From Deltaproteobacteria bacterium (GTDB lineage Bacteria > Desulfobacterota > Binatia > Binatales > Binataceae): 64,000 bases of DNA. The translations under genes and the position numbers were made by a program. Position 1 is the first letter of the stretch. Every line of letters begins with the position of its first letter. The notes below the pieces were generated by a model that saw only the letters and a program-made list of their open reading frames with translations, did not search any database and was not told the DNA's origin. Of the stretch, positions 44,810 through 53,462 are shown one piece after another. The stretch is taken from the NCBI GenBank assembly GCA_003135135.1, contig PLDK01000025.1:106376-170375 (forward strand), read 5' to 3'.

Positions 44810-45166
44810 TTAGGCGGAGCGCTTTGGCGGCGGAGTGTCGGGAGCGACCTTAACATCGACTAGTCGCACTGCGTTCTTCACGGCAGTCGAGCCCAGAGCG
44901 CGGAGAACAAACTCCGGCAAGACCATCGCGGGGCGTGCGAGCAAGGTGTTCGACACGCGGTCGAACATTTGAATCGGCTGGCAAATGTTGATGGTCAATT
45001 CCGGCCGGCTCGGTCCGGAGACGACGACCAGGCCGGGATTCGAGGGAGCGCTGGCCAACAACATGACGATGGCCACGATTAGACTCAGGTCCCGCAAGTC
45101 CGCCTTTGAAAACAACTGCCTCATGCCGCAGCGACCAGTTCTAAAGCAATCCCCGCTCGCGTTCAA
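44810..45166 (-). CDS. Hypothetical small membrane-anchored protein
   Basis: 118 aa (or about 104 aa from MRQLFS) with one hydrophobic helix, LSLIVAIVMLLASA. No family was recognised. It is called only because it fits tightly between zip and the OMP gene on the same strand. Confidence 0.4.
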   Translation of the reverse strand: MNASGDCFRTGRCGMRQLFSKADLRDLSLIVAIVMLLASAPSNPGLVVVSGPSRPELTINICQPIQMFDRVSNTLLARPAMVLPEFVLRALGSTAVKNAVRLVDVKVAPDTPPPKRSA

Positions 45167-45189
45167 GATCCACCGGCTTTATGTTCATT

Positions 45190-45936
45190 TCATCCGCGTA
45201 GCAAGCGGGTAATCAGAAAAATTATGAGCATCCCCATACAGGTGGCGACGCCAACCAATGGAGAGTCATGTTCGCGAGCTTCCGGCAGCAGATCCGAGGC
45301 GCCGATGTAAAGAAAAGAACCGGCGAAAAACGCAAGCAGCCACGGCAGGAGTCCCGCCCTCAAATTGAACATCAGCGTCGAGGCCGCACCGAGGACCGGC
45401 GTCAACATATCCACTATCAGCCAGAAAATGGCGCGTCTGGGCGAATTTCCATGCGCAAGAACGACCGTCACGGTGTTCAGTCCGTCGCTGAAATCATGCG
45501 CGATTATGCCAAATGCAATTAAGAGTCCCATCTCGACGCTCGTCTGGAAGCCGACACCGATTGCAACGCCGTCCAGAAAACTGTGAAACGCCAGGCCGGC
45601 CGCGGACATCGCGCCAAGCTCCATCTCATGAGATGGCGCCAAGTGAGGATGTTCGCGAGCACGGTGCATCGCCGTGTAACGTTCAAGTCCGAAGAAGGCA
45701 AGGAATCCAAGCGCAGTGATCGGCATGTACGATGCGCCGTGAGGAAAAGCGAAGACTTCCGGCAGTATGTCGAACAGCGCCACCGCCAACACCGCGCCGG
45801 AACTGAAGCCGAGCAGCAAATGAAGCCGGTCGCGCAAGCGCATGGCCGCCATGCCGCCCAACCCGGTGGAGAAGAGCGTGACTAGAGCAAGCAGTATTGG
45901 CGCGAATCGCATCGGTGGATTTTGCCCGGAGTTCAA
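45190..45936 (-). CDS. ZIP family divalent-metal transporter (ZupT-like)
   Basis: 248 aa, polytopic, with HSFLDGVAIG and IIAHDFSDGLN motifs. Confidence 0.85.
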   Translation of the reverse strand: MNSGQNPPMRFAPILLALVTLFSTGLGGMAAMRLRDRLHLLLGFSSGAVLAVALFDILPEVFAFPHGASYMPITALGFLAFFGLERYTAMHRAREHPHLAPSHEMELGAMSAAGLAFHSFLDGVAIGVGFQTSVEMGLLIAFGIIAHDFSDGLNTVTVVLAHGNSPRRAIFWLIVDMLTPVLGAASTLMFNLRAGLLPWLLAFFAGSFLYIGASDLLPEAREHDSPLVGVATCMGMLIIFLITRLLRG

Positions 45937-46002
45937 TACCGGCGGTCAAAACGCCAGTCGCGGTACGCCGCGTTCCTCGAGAATTCCTGGATGCTAGTAT
46001 GA

Positions 46003-46686
46003 ATGAAGACGGGGAAACATACGCGCCATGCACCCGGAGAAACCACACCGATGACGTCACGAACGAAGTGGATGCTAACGCTCTTGCTTGCCGGCGGCGT
46101 TTTATTCGCTCTGACGCCGATCGGCGTTTCGGCCGAGGTCGAGGGCAACGACCGCGCCACTGCGGTGTTTTCGGGCGGCTGTTTCTGGGGCGTGGACGGC
46201 GTTTTCAAGCATGTGAAGGGGGTGTCCAAAGTTGTTTCCGGATACGCGGGAGGAGCTGCCGACACCGCGAACTACGAAACCGTCAGCACGGGAACAACGG
46301 GGCATGCTGAGTCGGTGCAGGTCACTTACGATCCTTCGAAGGTTTCGTACGACGATCTGTTGAAAGTATTTTTTTTCGTCGCTCACGATCCGACCGAGTT
46401 GAATCGACAGGGCCCGGATTCAGGAACTCAATATCGGTCCTCGATTTTCTATGAGAACGGCGGTCAAAAGAAGATGGCCGATGATTACATCGCCCAACTC
46501 GAACGGAAACATTCATTCCTCAAGCCAATCGTAACCAAGGTAGCTCCGCTCACCGCTTTCTATCCGGCCGAAGACTATCATCAAAACTATCTGGCTCTGC
46601 ACCCGGATAATCCCTACATCGTCGTCAACGATATGCCGAAACTCGAACGGCTCCGGCAAGACTTCCCCGGCCTGTATCAGCCATAA
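46003..46686 (+). CDS. msrA: Peptide-methionine (S)-S-oxide reductase with N-terminal signal peptide
   Basis: GGCFWG active site and ...GHAESVQVTYDP...QGPDSGTQYRS. MTSRTKWMLTLLLAGGVLFALTPIGVSA looks like a Sec signal, so the start is possibly 46051. Confidence 0.9.
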   Translation: MKTGKHTRHAPGETTPMTSRTKWMLTLLLAGGVLFALTPIGVSAEVEGNDRATAVFSGGCFWGVDGVFKHVKGVSKVVSGYAGGAADTANYETVSTGTTGHAESVQVTYDPSKVSYDDLLKVFFFVAHDPTELNRQGPDSGTQYRSSIFYENGGQKKMADDYIAQLERKHSFLKPIVTKVAPLTAFYPAEDYHQNYLALHPDNPYIVVNDMPKLERLRQDFPGLYQP

Positions 46687-46758
46687 TCCCGAAGGCGGAG
46701 AAGCACACTACTTAGCGTGGAGCAGGCCAGCGTGCGATGCAAAACGATCGCGGCGCGA

Positions 46759-48594
46759 TCATGCAGCTGCGTCGCCGCGACTCTCGATTTGACACATCTC
46801 CTCGGCGCGCGTGCGGGCCTGATCGGCGGCACGGCGCGCTGAATCCGTTGTCTGGTAGAGCTCGAGCTCGGGGCCGAATTCACCATCAGCAACCGGGCTG
46901 AGCGCGGCATCGGTATAATGCTTCGACGCCGGATCGTTCTCGATCTTGCGTCGCAGCCGCTCCAGCCGCCAGAAAAACCACAGACCGGGCACATAGGTCG
47001 CTGACATCTCTCGCGCGCGCCGCAGAAAAAACCTGAGCGCGTTCTCGCGCGGAAAACCAGGACGGCGCTGTGTGCGGGGCTTGCGGCGAATGACGCCGCC
47101 TTGCAGCGGATGCACCCGCTCGTAGGCGTGACTCCCATAAAAATAGAAAATCATCGAGGCGATCCGCCGCGTGCGCATTCCGCTGGCGGCGGCCCGCTTG
47201 ATCAGCGTCTCGATGTGCGCCGGCGAATAGTACAGGTGCCATGCCCGCTGGTAGATATCCTGCCACTCGGCGGCGCTCATCCGCGGATGATCGGCGGTCG
47301 CGTGCTCGGCGTCATACTTGTTGGTATCCGCTTCCATTCGCTCGCCGCGCAGGTACTTCTCCTGGTGATCCTTGGAGCCGGGCAGCGGCGTCAGCATGAA
47401 GAACTCCATGATGTCGATCGGGAGTTCGCGCTGGATGATCCGGATGTCGCGCTCGATGCTCTCGGGGGTGTCGGACGGGAAGCCGAGGATGTAGCCGGCG
47501 TAGGTCAGGACCTTGGCGCGCTTCCACGCCTGGAGCATCCTGCGGTATTCGGTGATGCGATTCTGACCCTTCGATGCGCCCTTGAGGCTGTCGGGATTGA
47601 TGTTCTCGAGCCCGATAAAGACTTTCTTGCACCCTGCGCGCACCGACTTCTCCACGAAGTTCGGGATTTTGTGGCACATGGTGTCGACCTGCATGATGAT
47701 GTTTATCTTCAGCCGGTCACGGCGCTTGAGCAGGATGATGCGGTCGAGGATGGGTTCCCAGTTCCGATTGCGCGCGAAATTGTCGTCGGTAATGAAAAAG
47801 CTCCGCACGCCTTGCGCCGCGTGCGCGCGAATCAACTGCTCGATGTCGTCGGCGCTGCGATACCGCGACTTGCGCCCCTGCACATTTATGATCGTGCAGA
47901 AGCTGCAGCTGAACGGGCATCCGCGCCCCGCGTCGAAGCATCCGAGCGCCCCGGCGTAGCGCTTGACGTATTTAATCGGAAGGAACGGCAGCGGCTCGCC
48001 GTCCATCGCCGGCAAATCGGCCATGAAGTTGTAAACCGGCGGGAGACGATCCTCGAACGCAGCGACGAGCAGCTCGTCGAGCCGGTGCTCGGCCTCGCCC
48101 GCGAACAGGGTGATTCCGAGCGCGAGCGCGTGCTTCATCTCGGGCGGCATCTCGGGAAGCATCGCGAGACATCCGCTGACGTGGAATCCGCCGATCGCGA
48201 CCTGGATTCCGGCGGCGCGCAGTTCGCGCGCGATATCAACCGCGCGGGCAAACTGGTTGGTTTGCACTCCGATCAGCAGCACGACGCCGCGGTTCGAGTT
48301 GCGCTTGAACCGGCGAATTATCGAACGCACCGGGACTTTCGCGTTAGTTTCGTCGTGCGCCACGATCTCGAGATCAACTCCCTCGCCGAGGATGGACCGC
48401 GCCTGCGCGTCGAGCGCGAGGCCGTAGATACTCGACAGCGAGCTCGACGGCACGAAGCCGCGCCACCATTGGATGAGATAGCCGTCGTCGTCGTAATGCG
48501 ACGGCTTGATCAGCTCGACAAGAAACCCGGTGCGACCCGCTTCATTCATTTTTTTTCCAAAGCATGAGCCATTCATTCTATTGGTTATCCACAA
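46759..48594 (-). CDS. B12-binding-domain radical SAM protein
   Basis: N-terminal Rossmann-like B12 domain (VVLLIGVQTNQF...AIGGFH) and radical SAM cluster GCPFSCSFC. The start is possibly 48549 (MNEAGRTG). Confidence 0.85.
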   Translation of the reverse strand: MWITNRMNGSCFGKKMNEAGRTGFLVELIKPSHYDDDGYLIQWWRGFVPSSSLSSIYGLALDAQARSILGEGVDLEIVAHDETNAKVPVRSIIRRFKRNSNRGVVLLIGVQTNQFARAVDIARELRAAGIQVAIGGFHVSGCLAMLPEMPPEMKHALALGITLFAGEAEHRLDELLVAAFEDRLPPVYNFMADLPAMDGEPLPFLPIKYVKRYAGALGCFDAGRGCPFSCSFCTIINVQGRKSRYRSADDIEQLIRAHAAQGVRSFFITDDNFARNRNWEPILDRIILLKRRDRLKINIIMQVDTMCHKIPNFVEKSVRAGCKKVFIGLENINPDSLKGASKGQNRITEYRRMLQAWKRAKVLTYAGYILGFPSDTPESIERDIRIIQRELPIDIMEFFMLTPLPGSKDHQEKYLRGERMEADTNKYDAEHATADHPRMSAAEWQDIYQRAWHLYYSPAHIETLIKRAAASGMRTRRIASMIFYFYGSHAYERVHPLQGGVIRRKPRTQRRPGFPRENALRFFLRRAREMSATYVPGLWFFWRLERLRRKIENDPASKHYTDAALSPVADGEFGPELELYQTTDSARRAADQARTRAEEMCQIESRGDAAA

Positions 48595-48800
48595 TTCTGG
48601 CTACCTGCGGCATTGTTCTCTGCTCGCGCGGAGGATCCTCGATATTCTGCGTGATTGGATCGAGCCGAGAGAAAGAGTAGGTATTGCGCTGGTACAAGTT
48701 GGCATACACTCCTATCCGGGTATTGATAGGACGCGAATCATAACGAGCGGTTACACAACGGCGCGAGCTGCATGTAGCAAGCGCGTCAAAGGAGCGAATC

Positions 48801-49037
48801 TTGGACCTGGATAAATTAGTGGCAGAGTTGAAGGAGGAGGCCGACAGGCTCGGTCGAGCTATTGCGGCGCTCGTGGGCTCGGCCTTGTCAGGGGGCGGCA
48901 AGAAGACGCGCGCCGGCAGGCCAAAAGGGACCACGCCGAAGAGGCGCAAGCGCGGAGGCCTGACGCCGGAAGGCAGAAAGCGGTTGTCGATCGCGATGAA
49001 GAAGCGTTGGGCAGAGCGCAGGAAGAAGGGTTTGTAG
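48801..49037 (+). CDS. Small basic protein with coiled-coil N-terminus and AT-hook-like GRPKG
   Basis: 78 aa with a TTG start preceded by AAGGAG at -6. The C-terminal half is about half Lys/Arg. Confidence 0.5.
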   Translation: MDLDKLVAELKEEADRLGRAIAALVGSALSGGGKKTRAGRPKGTTPKRRKRGGLTPEGRKRLSIAMKKRWAERRKKGL

Positions 49038-49180
49038 CGCACCGCTCGAATCGACGCGAAGACATAAGCTTGCGCCGTGCGCGCGAGTTGGCAGCGCCAA
49101 TCGGCGGGAGGCGATTGCAGCCGCCCGCCAGTTGATGCGCAACTTGTTTACTCAAACCAGGTAATCAAGGAGAGATCAGG

Positions 49181-49762
49181 ATGGCTTTACTTGTATCGCA
49201 GTTGGGAATCGAAGAAGTAAGGGCGCATCGTAGCTGGTTTCTCTGCCTGGGAGCGGTGCTGATCGTCATAGGCACCATCGCGATAGGCAGCACCGAGCTC
49301 ATGACGATGGTTTCCGTGATGCTCCTCGGATGGCTGCTGATCTTCGGCGGCCTGTTCGAAATCGTTCACGGATTCGCGCGACGCGCCTGGGGCGGCTTCT
49401 TCATTAATCTCATGGGCGGCGCGCTATACGCAGTGACCGGCATCCTGATGATCACGCATCCGGGGGTGGCTGCCGTGACGCTGACCTTGATGATCGCGAT
49501 GCTGCTGATCGTCGCCGGCACTTTTAGAATTTTCGTAGCCTTTTCGACTCCAATCCATCATCGGGGATGGCTGATCTTGAACGGCGCAATTTCGCTGTTC
49601 CTCGGATTTTCGATCATGAGTTGGTGGCCGAGTTCAGGACTGTGGGTCATCGGACTATTCATCGGCATCGATATGATTTTCGACGGCTGGACTGAAGTGA
49701 TGCTTGCATTGAGCAGCGGAAGCAGCGGAGGATCGGCAACCGCTCAAACCGCGGGTCCGTGA
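49181..49762 (+). CDS. HdeD/DUF308 family membrane protein
   Basis: 193 aa with six hydrophobic helices and repeated GxxxIxxG patterns typical of DUF308. Good SD (AAGGAGAG). Confidence 0.7.
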   Translation: MALLVSQLGIEEVRAHRSWFLCLGAVLIVIGTIAIGSTELMTMVSVMLLGWLLIFGGLFEIVHGFARRAWGGFFINLMGGALYAVTGILMITHPGVAAVTLTLMIAMLLIVAGTFRIFVAFSTPIHHRGWLILNGAISLFLGFSIMSWWPSSGLWVIGLFIGIDMIFDGWTEVMLALSSGSSGGSATAQTAGP

Positions 49763-49774
49763 TCCTGCCGCAGA

Positions 49775-50164
49775 TCACCGCTCAGGGCCGTGCATATGGT
49801 TGGATCGATAAGCTTCCAGCGCGGCGCGGACCCGTTGCGCTTCCGCGACCATGGAATCGATCGCCGTTTGAAGGCCGTCAGTTTGTTCGTGCCTGAGCCG
49901 GCCTTCGATCTGATGCGACAACTCCATCAGGCGCACCGCGCCAAAATGACCGCAACTGCCCTTGACCGCGTGTGCGGTCGCCGCAATTCCGGCGCGGTCG
50001 TCGTGGCTCATCTGCAAGCCGATTGCGTGTACCCGTTCGGTTAGATCGGTAAGGAACACGCCGATGATTTCGGCGACAAATTGCTCGCCCAGTTCATCGC
50101 TTTCGGCGAGCTGAGTAATCGCGCGCATGTCGATCGCCGGAACGCTTGCGGTTTCAATGCTCAC
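49775..50164 (-). CDS. Hpt (histidine phosphotransfer) domain protein
   Basis: 129 aa with the HAVKGSCGHFGA motif. Confidence 0.75.
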   Translation of the reverse strand: MSIETASVPAIDMRAITQLAESDELGEQFVAEIIGVFLTDLTERVHAIGLQMSHDDRAGIAATAHAVKGSCGHFGAVRLMELSHQIEGRLRHEQTDGLQTAIDSMVAEAQRVRAALEAYRSNHMHGPER

Positions 50165-50434
50165 TCTCTTTCATCCGGTGCCTAGTTCGCTCAATCCCAC
50201 CAACCGCGCACAGCATGCCTTCGCGCCTAATCGATCCAAGTTGCGTGCCGAGGCAACGCAACCGCCTGCGAAGCGTGACCGACATCGCCAATAATTGGCT
50301 GTGGCGGGCAGCCTAACGCCTGATGAACTCCTGGGAGCTTTGAGCGTCGATAAACTGGTCGATCCGCCAGTCTCGACCCTCGTCAGAATCGCACCCCAGT
50401 GTCATTTGTTTGCCGCTTCGGAATTCGGCCATGC

Positions 50435-51484
50435 TCAGTTTGCCCGTGCGACTCCGCGCGCCTCGATCAGCGCCATCAGCCGGCTTGGCATAGCGCTGCG
50501 GAAATCCATTGAGGCACCCGACTCCGGATGGCAAAACTTCAGCTCGCACGAATGGAGCGCCAGCCGGCGGGCAGGATCGATCGTCGCGCCATATTTACGA
50601 TCACCGACGATAGGATGACCCAGGCCAGCCATCTGCACGCGAATCTGGTTTTTGCGGCCGGTTTCGAGGGTTAGTTCGACCAGCGACCTGTCTTGACCTG
50701 TTCGTAAAACGCGATAGTGCGTGATTGCCGGCTCCCCACCCCGCTCGACACGATGCATCTTGAATGACTTGCTCTCTACAAGATTGTCCCGAATCGTGCC
50801 ATTGGCCTTCGAGGGCGTACCCTCCACGACGGCAAGGTATTTTTTGGTGACGTCCTTCCAGTTCTGCTGAAGGACCGCCTGGATCGGGCGGCTTCTTGCG
50901 AACATCATCAAGCCGGAGGTCTCGCGGTCGAGTCGATGCACGATGAAGGCCTGTTGCGCCGGCGATTTTGTGAGCGCCTTAAGATGTTCGTTAAGGATCC
51001 GATGCGCAGTTCTCTCTTTCTCGCCTTCCGATCCCATCGAAAGCAGCCCCGCTCGTTTGTCGACCACGACGATATCATCGTCGAGATAAATGATTTTCAG
51101 GCCTTGGCGCTCGATCGACGCGGCGGGGATTTGCTTGCCCGCGGCGATAGTCACAACGTCGCCCGGCTCCAACTGGGTATCATGCCTGACGGCGGTCATT
51201 CGCTTTACGGTCACCGCCCGGAAGCGCAGAAGACCCTTCGCCTGTTTGCGCGACAGTCCCAGTGGCAGGCCGATCAGATACGGCAGCAGTTCGCATCGCG
51301 ACGAGACGCTAAACTGATGGTCATGCGTAGGCATTGCGCTAACATGGTTGCCCACTATCGATGAAGCGGCAAGATGAGTAGCCCGAGTCAATATATCGCC
51401 GACAGGTTTCCGTGGCTTACGCCCGCGCGCGCGCTGGCCGGCGCCTTTGGAATCGCGCTGCTGGTTGTTTTCATCTGGCCGCAT
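50435..51484 (-). CDS. RluA-family pseudouridine synthase with S4 domain
   Basis: HRLDRETSGLMMFA catalytic motif and ...KNQIRVQMAGLGHPIVGDRKYG. The start is possibly the internal ATG 51334, which avoids overlap with the divergent TPR gene. Confidence 0.85.
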   Translation of the reverse strand: MRPDENNQQRDSKGAGQRARGRKPRKPVGDILTRATHLAASSIVGNHVSAMPTHDHQFSVSSRCELLPYLIGLPLGLSRKQAKGLLRFRAVTVKRMTAVRHDTQLEPGDVVTIAAGKQIPAASIERQGLKIIYLDDDIVVVDKRAGLLSMGSEGEKERTAHRILNEHLKALTKSPAQQAFIVHRLDRETSGLMMFARSRPIQAVLQQNWKDVTKKYLAVVEGTPSKANGTIRDNLVESKSFKMHRVERGGEPAITHYRVLRTGQDRSLVELTLETGRKNQIRVQMAGLGHPIVGDRKYGATIDPARRLALHSCELKFCHPESGASMDFRSAMPSRLMALIEARGVARAN

Positions 51485-53458
51485 GCTCGGCTGGTGACCG
51501 ATTTGGTTATCGTCACGGCTATTCCGGGGACGATCGGCGCGATTGTGTTCGGCTTGACGTTCTGGTCGAAGGCTCGGGTTCAGATTGGGCGGCGACGGCT
51601 TCGATATAAGGCGGTGCGACGAATCGCGGGCATCGTCGCCCTGGCCTGCCTGCCGTTCCTACTGATGCAGCGTGCCTCGATCTATCTTCGCAGTCCGCGC
51701 GAGGCGGTCTCCAAGGTTTCGGAAGCTTACCCGGACGTGAAGCACTGGCGAATCCAGGTCGTCGTCGCGATCGCGCACCTCGAGGGAGACGACAGCAAGC
51801 AACTCGAAGGGCGGTTGCGCGACGCGCTTGATAACTTCGACCGCCGCTTGCACATCACGCCAGTCATCTTGAATCGCACGATTGCGGTTTCGGGCCGTCC
51901 GCAAGGTATCGCGCATCTCGAGGCGCTCGGATCGGTAACCGATGCACGCGTCGCAGCGTTGATCTGGGGCGGCGCGAAGGGCGCCGCTCAGCCGGCTGTC
52001 GGCCCACTCTACGAAACTAGGTTCGGCAACGATGCGCAATTCGGCGGGGCGTATCTTCCGGCCGACTTCAAGCTGCCGGAACTGCCGATGGACGATCTGT
52101 GCACGGTGCTGCGCTTGATCGTCGCGACGCAAAGCGCCGAGTTGATGCAGCAGTGGAGTTTCAAATTTGGCGACGCGCTCGAGCCTTTGATCAAGCAGGT
52201 CCGCGCAATGGCCGACGATCCGCGCAAGACCGCGGGCTGGAGCGCCGATGCGCGAGCGCGAGTGAACCTGGCGGTCGGCATCGCGAGCAGCATCTCAGGT
52301 CTCGAACTCGACTCCGAGGATTCTTTACATACGGCAATCGTTTCCTTTCAGCGGACGCAAGCCGATTGGACGCGCGAACACGATCCGCTCGAATGGGCAA
52401 TGGCGCAGCAAAATCTTGGTATGGCACAGAGATCGCTGGCCGAGCAGAATCTGCAGGTTGCGCCTCTGCAGGCGGCGGCTACGGCTTACCAGAACGCGCT
52501 GGCGGTATACCAGTCGCGTACCGATCGGCTTGATTCGGCGAATATGCAATACGCGCTCGGACTTACGTTCGAAAGAATCGGGCGCAATGAGGTGGGCCCG
52601 GAGAGCATGCGTAAGGCGGCGGATTATTATCGCGCAGCGGTGAACGGATTTAACGCGCGCTACTACCCGACTAGCTGGGGAGAAGCTCAACACAACCTTG
52701 GCAATACGCTCAGGGTGCTGGCCCACCGGGATGGGAACCCGAAAGAATTGGAGGAGGCGATCGCGGCCGACCGAGAAGAATTAAAGGTCTTTGACAAGCG
52801 GTCACAGCCACTATCGTGGGCGGCGGCCGAAGGCCAAATAGCGCAGAGCCTCGCCCAGCTAGGCGGGGCGACCTCGAATCGCGGCGATTTCAAGCAATCG
52901 ATCGCATTGTCCCGGCAAATTCTCGAAGGATACCCGCGCGAGCGCGATCCGGTGGAATGGGCGAATATCCAGATTATTCTCGGCGGTGCGCTGATGGGGC
53001 TGTATGACCTTGACCACGATTCAGGGCGCCAGTGCCTGGAGCCAGCCGCGAAAGCATTTCGCGCCAGCCTGGAGGAGCTATCGCTCGAGCATCAACCGAT
53101 GGATTGGGCATCCGCAAAAAATGGGCTCGGAACCGCTCTGGGAGAATTGGGCAGGAGCACGTCGGACACCTATTACCTCGAGCAGGCGGTCGACGCGTTC
53201 AAAGACACGCTCAAGGTCTATAAGCCGGATCGGCAACCGATAGAATGGGCAACGGCAAAGTACGACGTGGGCTACGCGCTGCTTGATCTCGGCGAGCGGA
53301 GCGCTGGAGTCAGGTATTTGGAGGAAGCAGTCGATACCTATCGTGAAGCGCTGACGGTGTTGTCGAAAGATAAGTCGCCGGAACTGTGGGGCAATATACA
53401 GGACGGCCTCAAGATTGCGCTCGACGACCTGCATCAGCGCGGCTGGAAGGGCAGTTGA
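51374..53458 (+). CDS. Membrane-anchored tetratricopeptide-repeat protein
   Basis: 694 aa with 3-4 N-terminal TM helices and a roughly 150-aa unknown domain. It then has at least 8 repeats of the type (D/Q)P(L/I)(E/D)WA..Q.NLG.AL..LG. Confidence 0.75.
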   Translation: MSSPSQYIADRFPWLTPARALAGAFGIALLVVFIWPHARLVTDLVIVTAIPGTIGAIVFGLTFWSKARVQIGRRRLRYKAVRRIAGIVALACLPFLLMQRASIYLRSPREAVSKVSEAYPDVKHWRIQVVVAIAHLEGDDSKQLEGRLRDALDNFDRRLHITPVILNRTIAVSGRPQGIAHLEALGSVTDARVAALIWGGAKGAAQPAVGPLYETRFGNDAQFGGAYLPADFKLPELPMDDLCTVLRLIVATQSAELMQQWSFKFGDALEPLIKQVRAMADDPRKTAGWSADARARVNLAVGIASSISGLELDSEDSLHTAIVSFQRTQADWTREHDPLEWAMAQQNLGMAQRSLAEQNLQVAPLQAAATAYQNALAVYQSRTDRLDSANMQYALGLTFERIGRNEVGPESMRKAADYYRAAVNGFNARYYPTSWGEAQHNLGNTLRVLAHRDGNPKELEEAIAADREELKVFDKRSQPLSWAAAEGQIAQSLAQLGGATSNRGDFKQSIALSRQILEGYPRERDPVEWANIQIILGGALMGLYDLDHDSGRQCLEPAAKAFRASLEELSLEHQPMDWASAKNGLGTALGELGRSTSDTYYLEQAVDAFKDTLKVYKPDRQPIEWATAKYDVGYALLDLGERSAGVRYLEEAVDTYREALTVLSKDKSPELWGNIQDGLKIALDDLHQRGWKGS

Positions 53459-53462
53459 AAAA

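Noticed and set aside
47101-48567. 488-aa plus-strand ORF
   Set aside because: It is antisense to the B12-radical SAM gene, which has the CxxxCxxC cluster motif.
50313-50432. 39-codon minus-strand ORF directly after the rluA stop (MAEFRSGKQMTLGCDSDEGRDWRIDQFIDAQSSQEFIRR)
   Set aside because: It has no SD, no recognisable family and is too short to support from sequence alone.
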